From the IMG/VR virus record IMGVR_UViG_3300023174_000034: a DNA stretch of 64,000 nucleotides; one strand, written 5' to 3'. How positions within the stretch are numbered: the stretch's first letter is position 1; every line of letters begins with the position of its first letter. The DNA is from a virus. Taxonomy: Duplodnaviria > Heunggongvirae > Uroviricota > Caudoviricetes. Positions 1 through 11,321 of the stretch are shown piece after piece. Made by a program: the position numbers and the translations under genes. Under the pieces are notes generated by a model. It saw only the letters and a list, made by a program, of their open reading frames with translations, had not been told where the DNA came from and searched no databases.

Positions 1-3000
1 AGTCATTGGTGACACAAATGTAAACAAACTCACAGCAGTTGGTAACATTACCAGCAGTGGTACATACTTTTCTGCAGGCGGCATTAGTGTCACAAACGGC
101 AACGTAGTCGCCACTGGTACTAGTGCCACCATTGGTGGCCTAGTTATTAACAACGGTGGATTGCCAAGTTTACCAACACTGGGTGTGATTGGCGCCGCAA
201 CGTTTGGTGCCAACGTAGACGTAACCGGTAACGTGAATGTAACTCGAGACATCATTGCATCTGGTAATATTGTTGCTGGTGGTGTACGCAAGTATGCCCA
301 GACCAGCAAACCCACAAACGCAGTACCAGGAGATGTGTGGTACAAGACTGACACAGATGTTTACTACACCTATATCAACGACGGCACCAGCAAGTATTGG
401 ATTGACTATGTAGGTGCTACAGTTAGTAATGCCGCAGTTGACAACTCAACAAATCGTGACTTTACTATTGCCAGTGGTACATTAAGCACAGATCCTACTA
501 CAGGTGCATTGGTCGTGGTAGGCGGTGTGGGCATAACAGGCGACATCAACACTACAGGCGATTTCTCAATTGATGGTACATTCACAGCATGTACCGCAGT
601 AACAGCAGGTTACTTAAACGTTGCAGACGGTATTGACAGCTACGGTAATGTGATCATTCATGGCCCTGGAACTGCAAACTACACAGTACAAGTTCGTTCT
701 AGCGATGCCGCAGACAACGTGCTTGGAATCAAGACCAGTGTAGCAGGCGGTGGATTTGCGATTGATGCACTGAACAATGAATTGATTGGCGCCACACCAT
801 TGGGTATCAATGCCAACACATTCAGCATTGGAATCAAGAACGCAGTTGGCTCAACAGTACAAGCAGATGCGCTAAAGGTAAACACTGCTGGAAATGTCAG
901 CATTGCTAAAACATTGAGCATTGGTCAGCATGTGGACGTTACTGGCAATGTTACTGCTAGCAATGCAACTTTTGTCAACAAGATAACAGCAACCACAGCC
1001 AACTTTACCACAATGAATTTGAGTGGTACATTAACTGTACCAACGTTGAATGTAACCACAACTATTGATGCTCCGGGCATCCGTAAGTATGCACAAACCA
1101 CAGCACCTGCCAGCCCAGCGGCTGGAGATGTTTGGTACAAGACCGACACAGATGTATACTATACCTATGTGAACGATGGTACAGCCAATTATTGGATTGA
1201 CTATGCAGGTGCTACAGTTAGTAATGCCGCAGTTAGCACAAGTCAATCAGTTGATTTGCGTATTGCATCTGGAACAGAAAGCACCAACACTGACACTGGT
1301 GCATTGACTGTAGTTGGCGGAATTGGTTTAACTGGTAACATCAACGCCAATTACTTGCGTGGCACGGGTATTGTTTCAGACCGCTTTACATTCAGCAATG
1401 GTGCAAGTCTTGCCGCAACAATAACAGGTACCTACAGCAATACCAATGTTGCAGGTTATCTATCTGGCAGTATAACTGCTGGCAGTATCAACGTAACAGG
1501 AACATTAACTGCTCCTGGCATACGCAAGACACAAAGCATCACAGCTCCGGCAAGTCCAGTGGTTGGTGACTTGTGGTACAAGACCGACACAGATGTTTAT
1601 TATCAATACATCAATGACGGTACAAGCAACTATTGGGTTGACTATGTGGGTGCTACTGTAAGCAATGCCGCAGTAACCGCAGGCGCGGCAACAGATTATG
1701 CGTTCACATCCGGAACACCAAGTACCAGCACAAGTACTGGTGCTGTAGTTATATCAGGCGGCGTTGGCATCAGTGGTGATTTGTTCACTGGCGGGTTTGC
1801 TAACTTTGGCGGCAACGTAACAGTTAATAATCTAAATGCCAATGTAAATGTCCAAACAAATACTCTAGTTGTTTCTGGTTCCGGCGCAATAGTTGGTAAC
1901 CTAACAACAGGCAATTTGGCAACGGGTATTGCAACCATTGCTCGCGCAGACATTGCTGGCACACTTGCAGTTGGCGGCGATGTAACAGTTACTGGCAACA
2001 TTGTTGCAGGAGGTGTCCGTAAAACACAAAGCACATCACCTCCAGTTAATCCTGTGGTTGGTGACTTGTGGTACAAGACAGATACTGATGTTTATTACCA
2101 ATACACATCAGATGGTGTGAACAAATACTGGATTGACTATGTAGGTGCAACAGTATCTAATGCCGCAGTTCAGAATAGCAGTAGTGTTGACTTCACAATA
2201 ACCAGCGGCACAGAAAGTACAAATACAACAAGTGGTGCGCTGACCATTGTTGGTGGCGTGGGCATAACTGGCAACATCAATGCTGGCAATGTAATAGCCA
2301 CCAGCTTCCGTGCAGATAACTTCTTGTTTGCAAATGGCAGAACACTTGCTGACCGTATTACTGGTACTTACAGTAACTCAAATGTAACAGCGTATCTAAC
2401 CGGATCAATCACAACAGGTGACCTCAATGCTGGTAATATCACAGCAGGTAACATTGCAACAACAGATATAACCTCTAGAGATATTACAGCTCGTAATGTC
2501 GCACTAAGCGGTAACATCACAGGTGGTGGCCTACGCAAGTATGCTCAAGCAGGAGCACCAGCCAATCCAATTCTAGGCGATGTGTGGTACAAAACTGACA
2601 CAGATGTCTATTACCAATACATAAATGATGGTGCCAACTATTTCTGGGTTGACTATGTTGGCCCAACAGTTAGTAATGCCGCAGTTCAAAATGGCACCAA
2701 CAGCGACTTTGCTATTGCCAGCGGTACATTGGGTACTAGCCCAACCACTGGTGCGTTGGTTGTTACTGGTGGCGTTGGCGTAACTGGCAATATCTACACA
2801 ACCGGCATTGCTGATTTTGGTGGCAATCTACGTGCTGATAATGTCACTGCGAATGTTAATCTACAAACAAATACACTGGCAGTTGTGCAAAACGCAACAG
2901 TTGGTGGAACATTGAATGTAACCGGAGCAGTTGCTACTGGCAATATCACAACTGGCAATATCACAGGATACGGATTCACAACCAATGCAGGTAACCTAAT

Positions 3001-6000
3001 TGCCACAGGCGCATACCTAAGTGCAGGTGGTATCAGTGCTACATCTGGCGTACTAAGCGTTGGCAATATTATCAGCAGTGGCACTCGAGCTGTGGTTGGC
3101 GGACTCACAATTGAGAATGGCGCATTTGGCAGTGTTGCAAGTTTGGCGGTTATCGCTGGCGCAACATTTGGTGGCGACGTTGCTATCACTGGTAATATCA
3201 CAGCAGGTGGCCTACGTAAATATGCTCAAACAACCGCGCCTACTACTCCAGTTGTGGGTGACGTCTGGTACAAGACTGATACCGATGTTTATTACCAGTA
3301 CATCAACGATGGCACCAGCAAGTACTGGATTGACTATTCAAGTGCAACAGTAAGCAATGCAAGCCCAACCAGCCCACAGAGCTTGCAAGACCTCCAGATT
3401 GTTTCGGGTACAGCAAGCACAAGTACCACTAGTGGTGCGCTACAAGTAACCGGCGGTGCTGGCATCAGTGGAAATGTCACAGCAGGAAATGTTGTTACTG
3501 CTCAAGTAACTGCTGACAAATTTACATACGCAAATGGCGTGAGTATACTGGCCGGAAATGAAGGCACATATTCAAACGCAAACGTAACAGCATACCTAAC
3601 AGCTCGTAGCGTTACTATTGCAGACGGAAACATCACTGCCAATGGGGGCTATTTGGCCGCAGGTGGATTTGTTGCCACTGCTGGAAACATCCGTACTACA
3701 TCTGCCAACATTGGCGGGGTTGTAATTGAGTCAGGTGGCATTGGTCAACTGGCAAGCATTGGGGTAATTGGTTCAGCAACCATTGGTGCTGATCTAGCAG
3801 TAACAGGTAATATCACTGGTGGCGGATTGCGTAAGTATGCACAAGACACAGCCCCAACGAACCCAGTGGTTGGCGATGTTTGGTACAAGACTGATACTGA
3901 TGTGTACTATCAATACATCAATGACGGAACAACTAAGTTTTGGGTTGATTATGTGGGTGCTACTGTAAGCAATGCAAGTATCACCAGTAGCCAAATTTCA
4001 TATGATATTGTGGTCACAACTGACACGCAAAGCACAAGCACCACAACAGGCGCTATCCGTGTACAGGGCGGCATTGGCTTAATTGGTAATATCTATACCA
4101 CAGGTATTGCTGACATTGGTGGTAACTTACGTGCTGGTAACATCACAGCAAATAATAATCTACAAACAAATACTCTGGCAGTGATTCAAAATGCCACAGT
4201 TGGTGGTGTATTAACATCTGGCACATTGTCGACTGGCAACTCATCAGTTGGTAACATTGCTGGTTATGGATTTACTACCAACGCAGGTAATTTGACTGCT
4301 ACTGGTGCTTACTTTGCCGCAGGTGGCATGAGCTCTACCAATGGCAATATCACAGTTGGTAATATCAACGCATACAGCTTTATTGTAAGCAATGGCAATA
4401 TTACCAGCACAGGAACCTACGCACGAGTTGGTGGCTTAGAAATCGTCAACGGTGGCTTTACTAATCTAACAAGTTTGGGTGTAGTTGGAGCCGCAACAAT
4501 TGGTGCAGACCTAGCAGTAACTGGCAACATCACAGGTGGTGGTCTACGCAAGTACACAGGTACTACTGCACCAGCAAATCCAGTGACCGGCGATGTCTGG
4601 TACAAAACAGACACAGACGTTTACTATCAATACATCACAGACGGAACAAGTTCATTCTGGGTCGATTATACCAGTGCTACAGTTGCCAACATCACGCTAG
4701 CAAACGCACAATATGGTACTGATGTAGGATTTGTAAGCGGCACAACAAGCACAAATCAAACAAACGGTGCGGTGACTGTGATTGGTGGTGTAGGGGTCAC
4801 TGGCAATATCAACTTAACAGGTCGTGTGACTGCACTAGATACCATTACTGGTCAGCGCATTATTTCCAACACAAGCATTACAGGTGCTACCCTGACTGTA
4901 ACAGGCGACACCGCAGTTGGCAACTTAATTGCCGGCAACATCACTGGTTATGGATTTACCACAAACAACGGCAACGTTGTTGCAACTGGTCAATTGACTG
5001 TTGGTGGACTAGCACAAGTTCCAGGCAACTTGACTGCTACCGGGTCTTACTTCTCCGCAGGCGGACTAACTTCTACCGCAGGCGCTATCACAGGTACAGG
5101 CTTTAGCATCACTGCTGGCAATATTATTACCACTGGACAAAAAGCAGTAGTAGGTGGGCTAACAATTGAAAACGGCGCATTGCCTAGTTTGCCAAGCATT
5201 GGGGTAATTGGTTCAGCAACCATTGGTGCTGATCTAGCAGTAACAGGTAATATCACTGGTGGCGGCTTACGAAAATATGCACAAACAAGCACACCTGCAA
5301 ATCCAGTAGTGGGTGATGTATGGTACAAAACTGATACTGATGTTTATTACCAGTATATCACAGACGGAACCACAAACGTTTGGGTTGACTACACCAGTGC
5401 AACTGTTGCCAATATTACTTTGGCAAATGCACAGTATGGCTCAGACGTTGGTTTTGTAAGCGGTACAACAAGCACAAATCAAACAAACGGTGCAGTGACA
5501 GTGATCGGCGGCATTGGCGTAACTGGCAACATCAATCTAACAGGTCGTGTGACTGCACTAGATACTGTCACCGGCCAACGCATTATTTCCAACACAAGCA
5601 TCACAGGTGCTACTTTAAGTGTAGCAGGTGACTCAAGTGTTGGCAACCTAACTGCTGGCAATGTCAGTGGTTACGGGTTTACCACAAACAATGGAAATGT
5701 AACTGCAACAGGTAATATAACTGGATACGGATTTGTAACCAGCAATGGTAACCTAAGCGCATCCGGCGCTTATTTCTCCGCAGGTGGAATGACATCCACT
5801 AACGGTAACATCACTGTTGGTAACATCAACGCATACAGTTTCATTGTAAGCAACGGTAACATAACCAGCACAGGTACCTATGCTCGAGTTGGTGGACTTG
5901 AAATCGTTAATGGTGGGTTTGGTTCACTGGCAAGTTTGGGTGTAACAGGCGCCGCAACATTTGGAGCCAATGTTGATATCACAGGTCGTGTGACAGGTGG

Positions 6001-9000
6001 TGGTATTCGCAAGACATCTAGTACCAGTGCACCTGCCGGTCCAGTGGTTGGTGACCAGTGGTACAAAACTGACACAGACATTTTATACCAGTACATCAAT
6101 GATGGTGCAAGCAACTACTGGATTGATATGGCCAGTGCCACAGTTGCAAATGTAACACAAAGCGCACAAACTGTAAGTGATCTGGCAATCGTAAGTGGTA
6201 CACCAAGCACCAGTACTTCAACAGGTGCATTGCGTGTGGCTGGCGGTGTTGGCATCACAGGCGACATCTACACAGATGGTAATTTGAGCACAAGCCAGAT
6301 CAGTTCCGGTAGTATTATTACCAATGGATTTGCAAGAGTACAAGGCCAATTGGATGTGTTCCTGGATGCCTTTATCCAAGGTAACACAATAACCATCCAA
6401 AACAATTACACAGTTGGCGATGCACAAGTCGACGGTAATGTATTTCTACAAAAAGAACTTAGAGTCGGTGGCAACGTCACAGCGTATGGATTGAGCGTAC
6501 AAAAAGGCAACCTGGTCGCCAATGGCGCTTACTTCTCGGCAGGTGGTCTAACATCTACAGCAGGAAACTTAACTGCTGGCAATATTGTTGGGTATGGATT
6601 TACCACTAGCAACGGTAATGTAACAGCAACAGGAACTTATGCTCGAGTTGGTGGCCTAGAAATCATCAACGGTGGCTTTGGTTCGCTGGCAAGCATTGGC
6701 GTAATTGGTTCAGCCACAATTGGTGGCGATGTTGCAATCACTGGTAATATCACAGCAGGTGGTCTGCGTAAGTATGCACAAACAAGCAAACCCGCAAATC
6801 CAGTTGTAGGAGATGTTTGGTACAAAACTGATACAGATGTGTACTATCAGTACATCAATGATGGTAGTGCAAATGTCTGGGTTGACTTTGTAAGTGCCAC
6901 AGTAGCAAACATCACAACGGCCAATGCACAGTATGGAACAGATGTTGGCTTTGTTTCTGGTACATTAAGTACTAATCCGCAAAATGGCGCAGTAACAGTA
7001 ATTGGTGGCGTTGGCGTTACAGGTAGCATTAACCTAACTGGCCAAATAACTGCTCAAGGTACAATCACTGGTCAAACCCTTGTTTCCAATGGTACTATTT
7101 TTGCCACAACAATAATTGGCTCTGGATCTGCGTCATTCAGAGACATAACTGCCGGCGATGTAGCCATTGGTAATATTAACAGCGTTGGCTTTACCACAAA
7201 CAACGGCAATGTTGTTGCTGGCGGTAACCTAACAGCATATGGGCTGAGCGTACAAAAAGGCAACCTGGTTGCCAATGGTGCTTACTTCTCTGCAGGTGGT
7301 CTATCATCTACAGCAGGCGCAATTACAGGCACAGGATTCAGCATTGTTGGTGGTAACATAATTACCACTGGACAAAAAGCAGTAGTTGGTGGATTGACCA
7401 TTGAGAATGGTGCGTTTGGTAACGTAGCAAGTTTGGGTGTGATTGGTTCAGCAACTATTGGTGCTGACCTAGCTGTGACAGGCAACATTACAGGTGGCGG
7501 CCTACGCAAGTATGCACAAACAAGTACACCAGCCAACCCAATCGTGGGAGATGTATGGTACAAAACAGACGCTGACATCTATTACACTTATGTAAATGAT
7601 GGTACAAGCACATACTGGATTGACTACACCAGTGCGGCAATTGCCAACATTACTGTGGCAAACTCACAGTACGGTAGCGATGTAGGATTTGTAAGCGGTA
7701 CACTAAGCACCAACCAAACAAATGGTGCTGTGGTAGTAATTGGCGGTGTTGGTGTAACAGGTAACATCAACTTAACAGGTCGTGTGACTGCACTAGATAC
7801 CATTACAGGTCAGCGTATTGTTTCTAACACAAGCATTGCTGGTGCAACATTGAGCATTGCAGGCGATACCGCAGTTGGTAACTTGACCACCGGTAGCATC
7901 ACAGCAACAGGTAATGTAACCGCAACTGGTAAACTAACAGTTGGCGGACTGTCAGTAGTACCGGGCAACTTGAGTGCAACTGGTTCTTACTTGTCTGTAA
8001 ACGGCTTCACTGCCCTAAACGGTAACATTACAGCAACAGGTACAACTGCCACAATTGGTGGATTGACTATTGCCAATGGTGGCTTTGGATCGGTAGCAAG
8101 CCTGGCTGTTATTGGCGCCGCAACTGTCGGTGGCGATGTTGCAATCACAGGCAACATCACAGCAGGTGGTGTACGTAAAACCACAAGCCTAACAGCACCT
8201 GCTAATCCTGTAGTTGGCGATCAGTGGTACAAGACTGATACTGATATCTTGTATCAATTCATGGATGATGGTACAACCAAGTACTGGGTTGACTTTGCAA
8301 GTGCAACAGTGGCCAACATCACCAGCAACTTTGATGGGCTAGGTGACTTTACTACGATTGGCAATGTGATTGGTAACGGCATTGTCAGCAACAACTATTA
8401 CTATGCAAATGGTGTGAGTTTTGTAACCACAACTGTGGCCAATACGCAGAACATTGTTGCCAATATCACAAACGGTTTCAACCTAGGATTGAATCTAACC
8501 AAGACCGGAGTAACAGCTGGCAACTACGGTAGTGCCACTAGCATTCCAACTATTGTTACAGATGATTACGGTCGCATCACAAGCATCACAAGCAATGCTG
8601 TAAGCACAACATTTGGACTGGTTGGCAATGTAGGAACCAGTTCAATCAACGGTGGTAACACACTAGTAATTGTTGGAGTTCCAAATCAAATCAGTACCAC
8701 AGTCACTGGTAACACAATCAGCATTGGATTTACTCCAAATATTACATTTACTGATTTTACAGTAAGTGGTAACTTGGTCTATCAAGGCGGTGGTATCAAA
8801 ACTACCACAAGCCCAACACCACCAAACGGTCCAATCAATGGTGACATGTGGTATCAAAGCGGAACAGACATTTTGTATCGTTATGTAAATGACGGCACAA
8901 ATGAGTACTGGTTAGATTTATTTTCTACTCCGCTACGTGCTATCCTTCCAAGCCGCGATATTGGCGGTGGTGACGGAGAAGTACAATTTAACGACAACGG

Positions 9001-9202
9001 CACTTTTGGAGCAAACGCCCGCTTTAAGTTTGACAAAACAACGGGCACTCTACAAGTGGACAGATTTAGAATTACACAGTCACAAAGCCCTGCTACTCCG
9101 GGTAGCCCAGGAAATACTGGGGAAATCACCTGGGACGGCAACTGGATGTATGTGTGCGTAGCACCAAATAGTTGGGTACGTGCAGGCTTGTACACATGGT
9201 AA
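1..9202 (+). CDS. Giant repeat-rich fibre-like virion protein, >3060 aa, 5'-truncated
   Basis: Frame is open from position 2, so the 161 TTG start is an artefact. G/T/N/V/A-rich; 14 copies of a GGxRK..P.NP.VGDxWYKTDTD..Y.Y..DG...W.D module; C-terminal GEITWDGNWMYVCVAPNSW motif of the kind that ends phage fibres. Confidence 0.8.
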   Translation, partial: VIGDTNVNKLTAVGNITSSGTYFSAGGISVTNGNVVATGTSATIGGLVINNGGLPSLPTLGVIGAATFGANVDVTGNVNVTRDIIASGNIVAGGVRKYAQTSKPTNAVPGDVWYKTDTDVYYTYINDGTSKYWIDYVGATVSNAAVDNSTNRDFTIASGTLSTDPTTGALVVVGGVGITGDINTTGDFSIDGTFTACTAVTAGYLNVADGIDSYGNVIIHGPGTANYTVQVRSSDAADNVLGIKTSVAGGGFAIDALNNELIGATPLGINANTFSIGIKNAVGSTVQADALKVNTAGNVSIAKTLSIGQHVDVTGNVTASNATFVNKITATTANFTTMNLSGTLTVPTLNVTTTIDAPGIRKYAQTTAPASPAAGDVWYKTDTDVYYTYVNDGTANYWIDYAGATVSNAAVSTSQSVDLRIASGTESTNTDTGALTVVGGIGLTGNINANYLRGTGIVSDRFTFSNGASLAATITGTYSNTNVAGYLSGSITAGSINVTGTLTAPGIRKTQSITAPASPVVGDLWYKTDTDVYYQYINDGTSNYWVDYVGATVSNAAVTAGAATDYAFTSGTPSTSTSTGAVVISGGVGISGDLFTGGFANFGGNVTVNNLNANVNVQTNTLVVSGSGAIVGNLTTGNLATGIATIARADIAGTLAVGGDVTVTGNIVAGGVRKTQSTSPPVNPVVGDLWYKTDTDVYYQYTSDGVNKYWIDYVGATVSNAAVQNSSSVDFTITSGTESTNTTSGALTIVGGVGITGNINAGNVIATSFRADNFLFANGRTLADRITGTYSNSNVTAYLTGSITTGDLNAGNITAGNIATTDITSRDITARNVALSGNITGGGLRKYAQAGAPANPILGDVWYKTDTDVYYQYINDGANYFWVDYVGPTVSNAAVQNGTNSDFAIASGTLGTSPTTGALVVTGGVGVTGNIYTTGIADFGGNLRADNVTANVNLQTNTLAVVQNATVGGTLNVTGAVATGNITTGNITGYGFTTNAGNLIATGAYLSAGGISATSGVLSVGNIISSGTRAVVGGLTIENGAFGSVASLAVIAGATFGGDVAITGNITAGGLRKYAQTTAPTTPVVGDVWYKTDTDVYYQYINDGTSKYWIDYSSATVSNASPTSPQSLQDLQIVSGTASTSTTSGALQVTGGAGISGNVTAGNVVTAQVTADKFTYANGVSILAGNEGTYSNANVTAYLTARSVTIADGNITANGGYLAAGGFVATAGNIRTTSANIGGVVIESGGIGQLASIGVIGSATIGADLAVTGNITGGGLRKYAQDTAPTNPVVGDVWYKTDTDVYYQYINDGTTKFWVDYVGATVSNASITSSQISYDIVVTTDTQSTSTTTGAIRVQGGIGLIGNIYTTGIADIGGNLRAGNITANNNLQTNTLAVIQNATVGGVLTSGTLSTGNSSVGNIAGYGFTTNAGNLTATGAYFAAGGMSSTNGNITVGNINAYSFIVSNGNITSTGTYARVGGLEIVNGGFTNLTSLGVVGAATIGADLAVTGNITGGGLRKYTGTTAPANPVTGDVWYKTDTDVYYQYITDGTSSFWVDYTSATVANITLANAQYGTDVGFVSGTTSTNQTNGAVTVIGGVGVTGNINLTGRVTALDTITGQRIISNTSITGATLTVTGDTAVGNLIAGNITGYGFTTNNGNVVATGQLTVGGLAQVPGNLTATGSYFSAGGLTSTAGAITGTGFSITAGNIITTGQKAVVGGLTIENGALPSLPSIGVIGSATIGADLAVTGNITGGGLRKYAQTSTPANPVVGDVWYKTDTDVYYQYITDGTTNVWVDYTSATVANITLANAQYGSDVGFVSGTTSTNQTNGAVTVIGGIGVTGNINLTGRVTALDTVTGQRIISNTSITGATLSVAGDSSVGNLTAGNVSGYGFTTNNGNVTATGNITGYGFVTSNGNLSASGAYFSAGGMTSTNGNITVGNINAYSFIVSNGNITSTGTYARVGGLEIVNGGFGSLASLGVTGAATFGANVDITGRVTGGGIRKTSSTSAPAGPVVGDQWYKTDTDILYQYINDGASNYWIDMASATVANVTQSAQTVSDLAIVSGTPSTSTSTGALRVAGGVGITGDIYTDGNLSTSQISSGSIITNGFARVQGQLDVFLDAFIQGNTITIQNNYTVGDAQVDGNVFLQKELRVGGNVTAYGLSVQKGNLVANGAYFSAGGLTSTAGNLTAGNIVGYGFTTSNGNVTATGTYARVGGLEIINGGFGSLASIGVIGSATIGGDVAITGNITAGGLRKYAQTSKPANPVVGDVWYKTDTDVYYQYINDGSANVWVDFVSATVANITTANAQYGTDVGFVSGTLSTNPQNGAVTVIGGVGVTGSINLTGQITAQGTITGQTLVSNGTIFATTIIGSGSASFRDITAGDVAIGNINSVGFTTNNGNVVAGGNLTAYGLSVQKGNLVANGAYFSAGGLSSTAGAITGTGFSIVGGNIITTGQKAVVGGLTIENGAFGNVASLGVIGSATIGADLAVTGNITGGGLRKYAQTSTPANPIVGDVWYKTDADIYYTYVNDGTSTYWIDYTSAAIANITVANSQYGSDVGFVSGTLSTNQTNGAVVVIGGVGVTGNINLTGRVTALDTITGQRIVSNTSIAGATLSIAGDTAVGNLTTGSITATGNVTATGKLTVGGLSVVPGNLSATGSYLSVNGFTALNGNITATGTTATIGGLTIANGGFGSVASLAVIGAATVGGDVAITGNITAGGVRKTTSLTAPANPVVGDQWYKTDTDILYQFMDDGTTKYWVDFASATVANITSNFDGLGDFTTIGNVIGNGIVSNNYYYANGVSFVTTTVANTQNIVANITNGFNLGLNLTKTGVTAGNYGSATSIPTIVTDDYGRITSITSNAVSTTFGLVGNVGTSSINGGNTLVIVGVPNQISTTVTGNTISIGFTPNITFTDFTVSGNLVYQGGGIKTTTSPTPPNGPINGDMWYQSGTDILYRYVNDGTNEYWLDLFSTPLRAILPSRDIGGGDGEVQFNDNGTFGANARFKFDKTTGTLQVDRFRITQSQSPATPGSPGNTGEITWDGNWMYVCVAPNSWVRAGLYTW

Positions 9203-9249
9203 TTTTGAGTTTGGCATAAATACTTTGACAAGAAAAAGGTACGGTAAAA

Positions 9250-9807
9250 ATGGCATTTCCATCATCACCAGTTAATGGACAACAGGCTACAGTTAATAAC
9301 ATTCTGTACACCTACAACTCCACCTACGGTACTTGGACACGTCAAGCTACCCAGATTTCCAACGTAACTATCGCTGGTGCATCCAGTATTAGCCCTACTA
9401 CAGGTGCTTTGGTTGTTACGGGTGGCGCTGGCGTGGTTGGACGACTAAACGTAGGCGGGTTAGTTAGTGCTTTGGGCGATATGTACGTTATCGGTAACAT
9501 TTATGTTGCAGGTAATACTACCACAGTTGGCACAAACACAATTTCGACCAATGATAAAAATATCACAGTAGCAAACAATGCGGTCAATGCAACAGCCGCA
9601 CGAGGCAGTGGTATTAGCGTTGGACCCAATGGCGCCTATGGTAACATTAGTGTCTATGACGGCCAGTGGGTAAGCCCAGACAATTGGGATTTCAAAGGGA
9701 TTATCACTATTAACGGTGCGCCAGTTACCACAAATAATTTCTCGGCTGATTATGGGTTAATTACCCAAGCACCAAATTACCAACAAGATTACGGGAGTAT
9801 AGCATAA
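9250..9807 (+). CDS. Small fibre-associated virion protein
   Basis: MAFPSSPVNGQ N-terminus; TGALVVTGGAGV repeat shared with the upstream giant ORF; TAAATA at 9217. Confidence 0.65.
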   Translation: MAFPSSPVNGQQATVNNILYTYNSTYGTWTRQATQISNVTIAGASSISPTTGALVVTGGAGVVGRLNVGGLVSALGDMYVIGNIYVAGNTTTVGTNTISTNDKNITVANNAVNATAARGSGISVGPNGAYGNISVYDGQWVSPDNWDFKGIITINGAPVTTNNFSADYGLITQAPNYQQDYGSIA

Positions 9808-9808
9808 A

Positions 9809-10147
9809 ATGCCAGCACAAGTACAATTTCGCAGAGGTACCACAGTACAACACAGCACATTTACAGGTGCAGTTGGTGAAGTAACTCTCGACACAACAAA
9901 ACAAACTCTAATCGTTCATGACGGCTCAACAGCTGGTGGTATTGGCGAGATGGTTAGCCTTAATGGTACACAGACTTTGACCAACAAGACATTGACTAGT
10001 CCTACATTCACAGGTAGCATGACTGTTCAGAACTTTACAGTTAGTGGCACACTGAGCTACGCAAACGCACCAACTAGTGCGTTTACAGCAAACAGCATTG
10101 TTCCGAAGAGCTATGTTGACTCAGTTGGGATTATCTTCGGTGTCTAA
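9809..10147 (+). CDS. Mtd-N-like (major tropism determinant N-terminal) domain protein
   Basis: QFRRGTT..H..FTGA.GEVT.DT....L.VHDG.T.GG motif. Confidence 0.7.
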   Translation: MPAQVQFRRGTTVQHSTFTGAVGEVTLDTTKQTLIVHDGSTAGGIGEMVSLNGTQTLTNKTLTSPTFTGSMTVQNFTVSGTLSYANAPTSAFTANSIVPKSYVDSVGIIFGV

Positions 10148-10149
10148 AG

Positions 10150-10896
10150 TTGCAAAAGCTAAACAAGATCTATAGGGCCAATTACGGTGGTGAGCGTATC
10201 ACCACCGAGGCCGCTTTTCAAGGATCTGAATGGCTTTACAAGACCGAGTGGGTGCCTACCGCAGTAGCCAATAACCAACTCTCTAAAATTGCCACAATCA
10301 TCGGCAATGGTAGCTCAAGAAAAACATTTCCAACTAAATTACTCATGACGCACTTGGCCGGCCGGCTAGGTGCTAAAAGTATGCAGACCTACGCTTGTAA
10401 TGCCGCCTATCGCGACATTACTCCTACTTTCTTAGTAGCAGTCGGCAACGACATATGCGATGAAATAGCAGGTAGTGGCTATTGCGATAGGAACATTGTA
10501 TATGCCAATAGCGACAAGATCTTAAAATATCCAAATACTTTTTATCTAGTTCCGCAGGACTATGTGAGCAATGCAGGTAGTGTTGCCACATATCTAGCTT
10601 GTTTTGATGGCCATGAAAAAATCTATTTGCTAGGTTTTGATAACGGCGCAGGTGAATACTACAATAATAACATGTATGCTGACACCAATGGATATGCTGG
10701 CCTGCATCAAAACTACAGCGATGACTATTGGATCATGTCCATGGAACATATAATGACAACCTACAGCGAAGTAGAGTTTGTACGTGTAACATCCACGCCC
10801 AGCTACTCATGTCCGCCAACTTGGCAACGTCTGTCAAACTTTAGACAGATCAGTTTCAATGATTATATTATTGAAGCAGACCTAGGTGTGTGTTAA
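10150..10896 (+). CDS. Hypothetical protein, MptE/DUF115- or sialyltransferase-like fold
   Basis: IIGNGSS, YACNA and IYLLGFD motifs; TTG start uncertain. Confidence 0.5.
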   Translation: MQKLNKIYRANYGGERITTEAAFQGSEWLYKTEWVPTAVANNQLSKIATIIGNGSSRKTFPTKLLMTHLAGRLGAKSMQTYACNAAYRDITPTFLVAVGNDICDEIAGSGYCDRNIVYANSDKILKYPNTFYLVPQDYVSNAGSVATYLACFDGHEKIYLLGFDNGAGEYYNNNMYADTNGYAGLHQNYSDDYWIMSMEHIMTTYSEVEFVRVTSTPSYSCPPTWQRLSNFRQISFNDYIIEADLGVC

Positions 10897-11321
10897 ATCA
10901 CTTGCTCTAGAGTTTTAATTTTATTAACCACAGCTTCAAATTTGAATGTGCGCCAAACGCCAGGATGCAATGGCTTTGGATATTTTTCTAACGGCACCCA
11001 GCAGTATCCATCGTGCTCGTGATTGAGTTCAGGAATGAACTCATGGTCAACTACGATATGAAACGTGTGGTAAACAAAGTTTTTGTTGTCGCTGGTAAAT
11101 TTTTCAATTGGGCGTATCTTGGCGTTAGCAATTTCACCACCTAGTTCTTCCAGGATTTCTCTGTGCAGAGCTTGGGTGACAGTTTCGCCTTTTTCTACTT
11201 TACCGCCTGCTAGGCCCCAGCTGTTTCGATAACGATTTGAATTGCGTAATAGAAAAAGATACCGATGGGTGTTTTTGCAATAAATCAACGCACCGCATCC
11301 TTCTAAAGTACTAGTCTCCAT
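10893..11321 (-). CDS. NUDIX hydrolase
   Basis: Nudix box GGKVEKGETVTQALHREILEELG; start moved to ATG 11321. Confidence 0.9.
   Translation of the reverse strand: METSTLEGCGALIYCKNTHRYLFLLRNSNRYRNSWGLAGGKVEKGETVTQALHREILEELGGEIANAKIRPIEKFTSDNKNFVYHTFHIVVDHEFIPELNHEHDGYCWVPLEKYPKPLHPGVWRTFKFEAVVNKIKTLEQVI

Noticed and set aside
679-9311. Many short antisense or alternative-frame ORFs over the giant fibre gene (and over other long genes)
   Set aside because: Shadow ORFs from repetitive, biased codon usage; no RBS or motifs.
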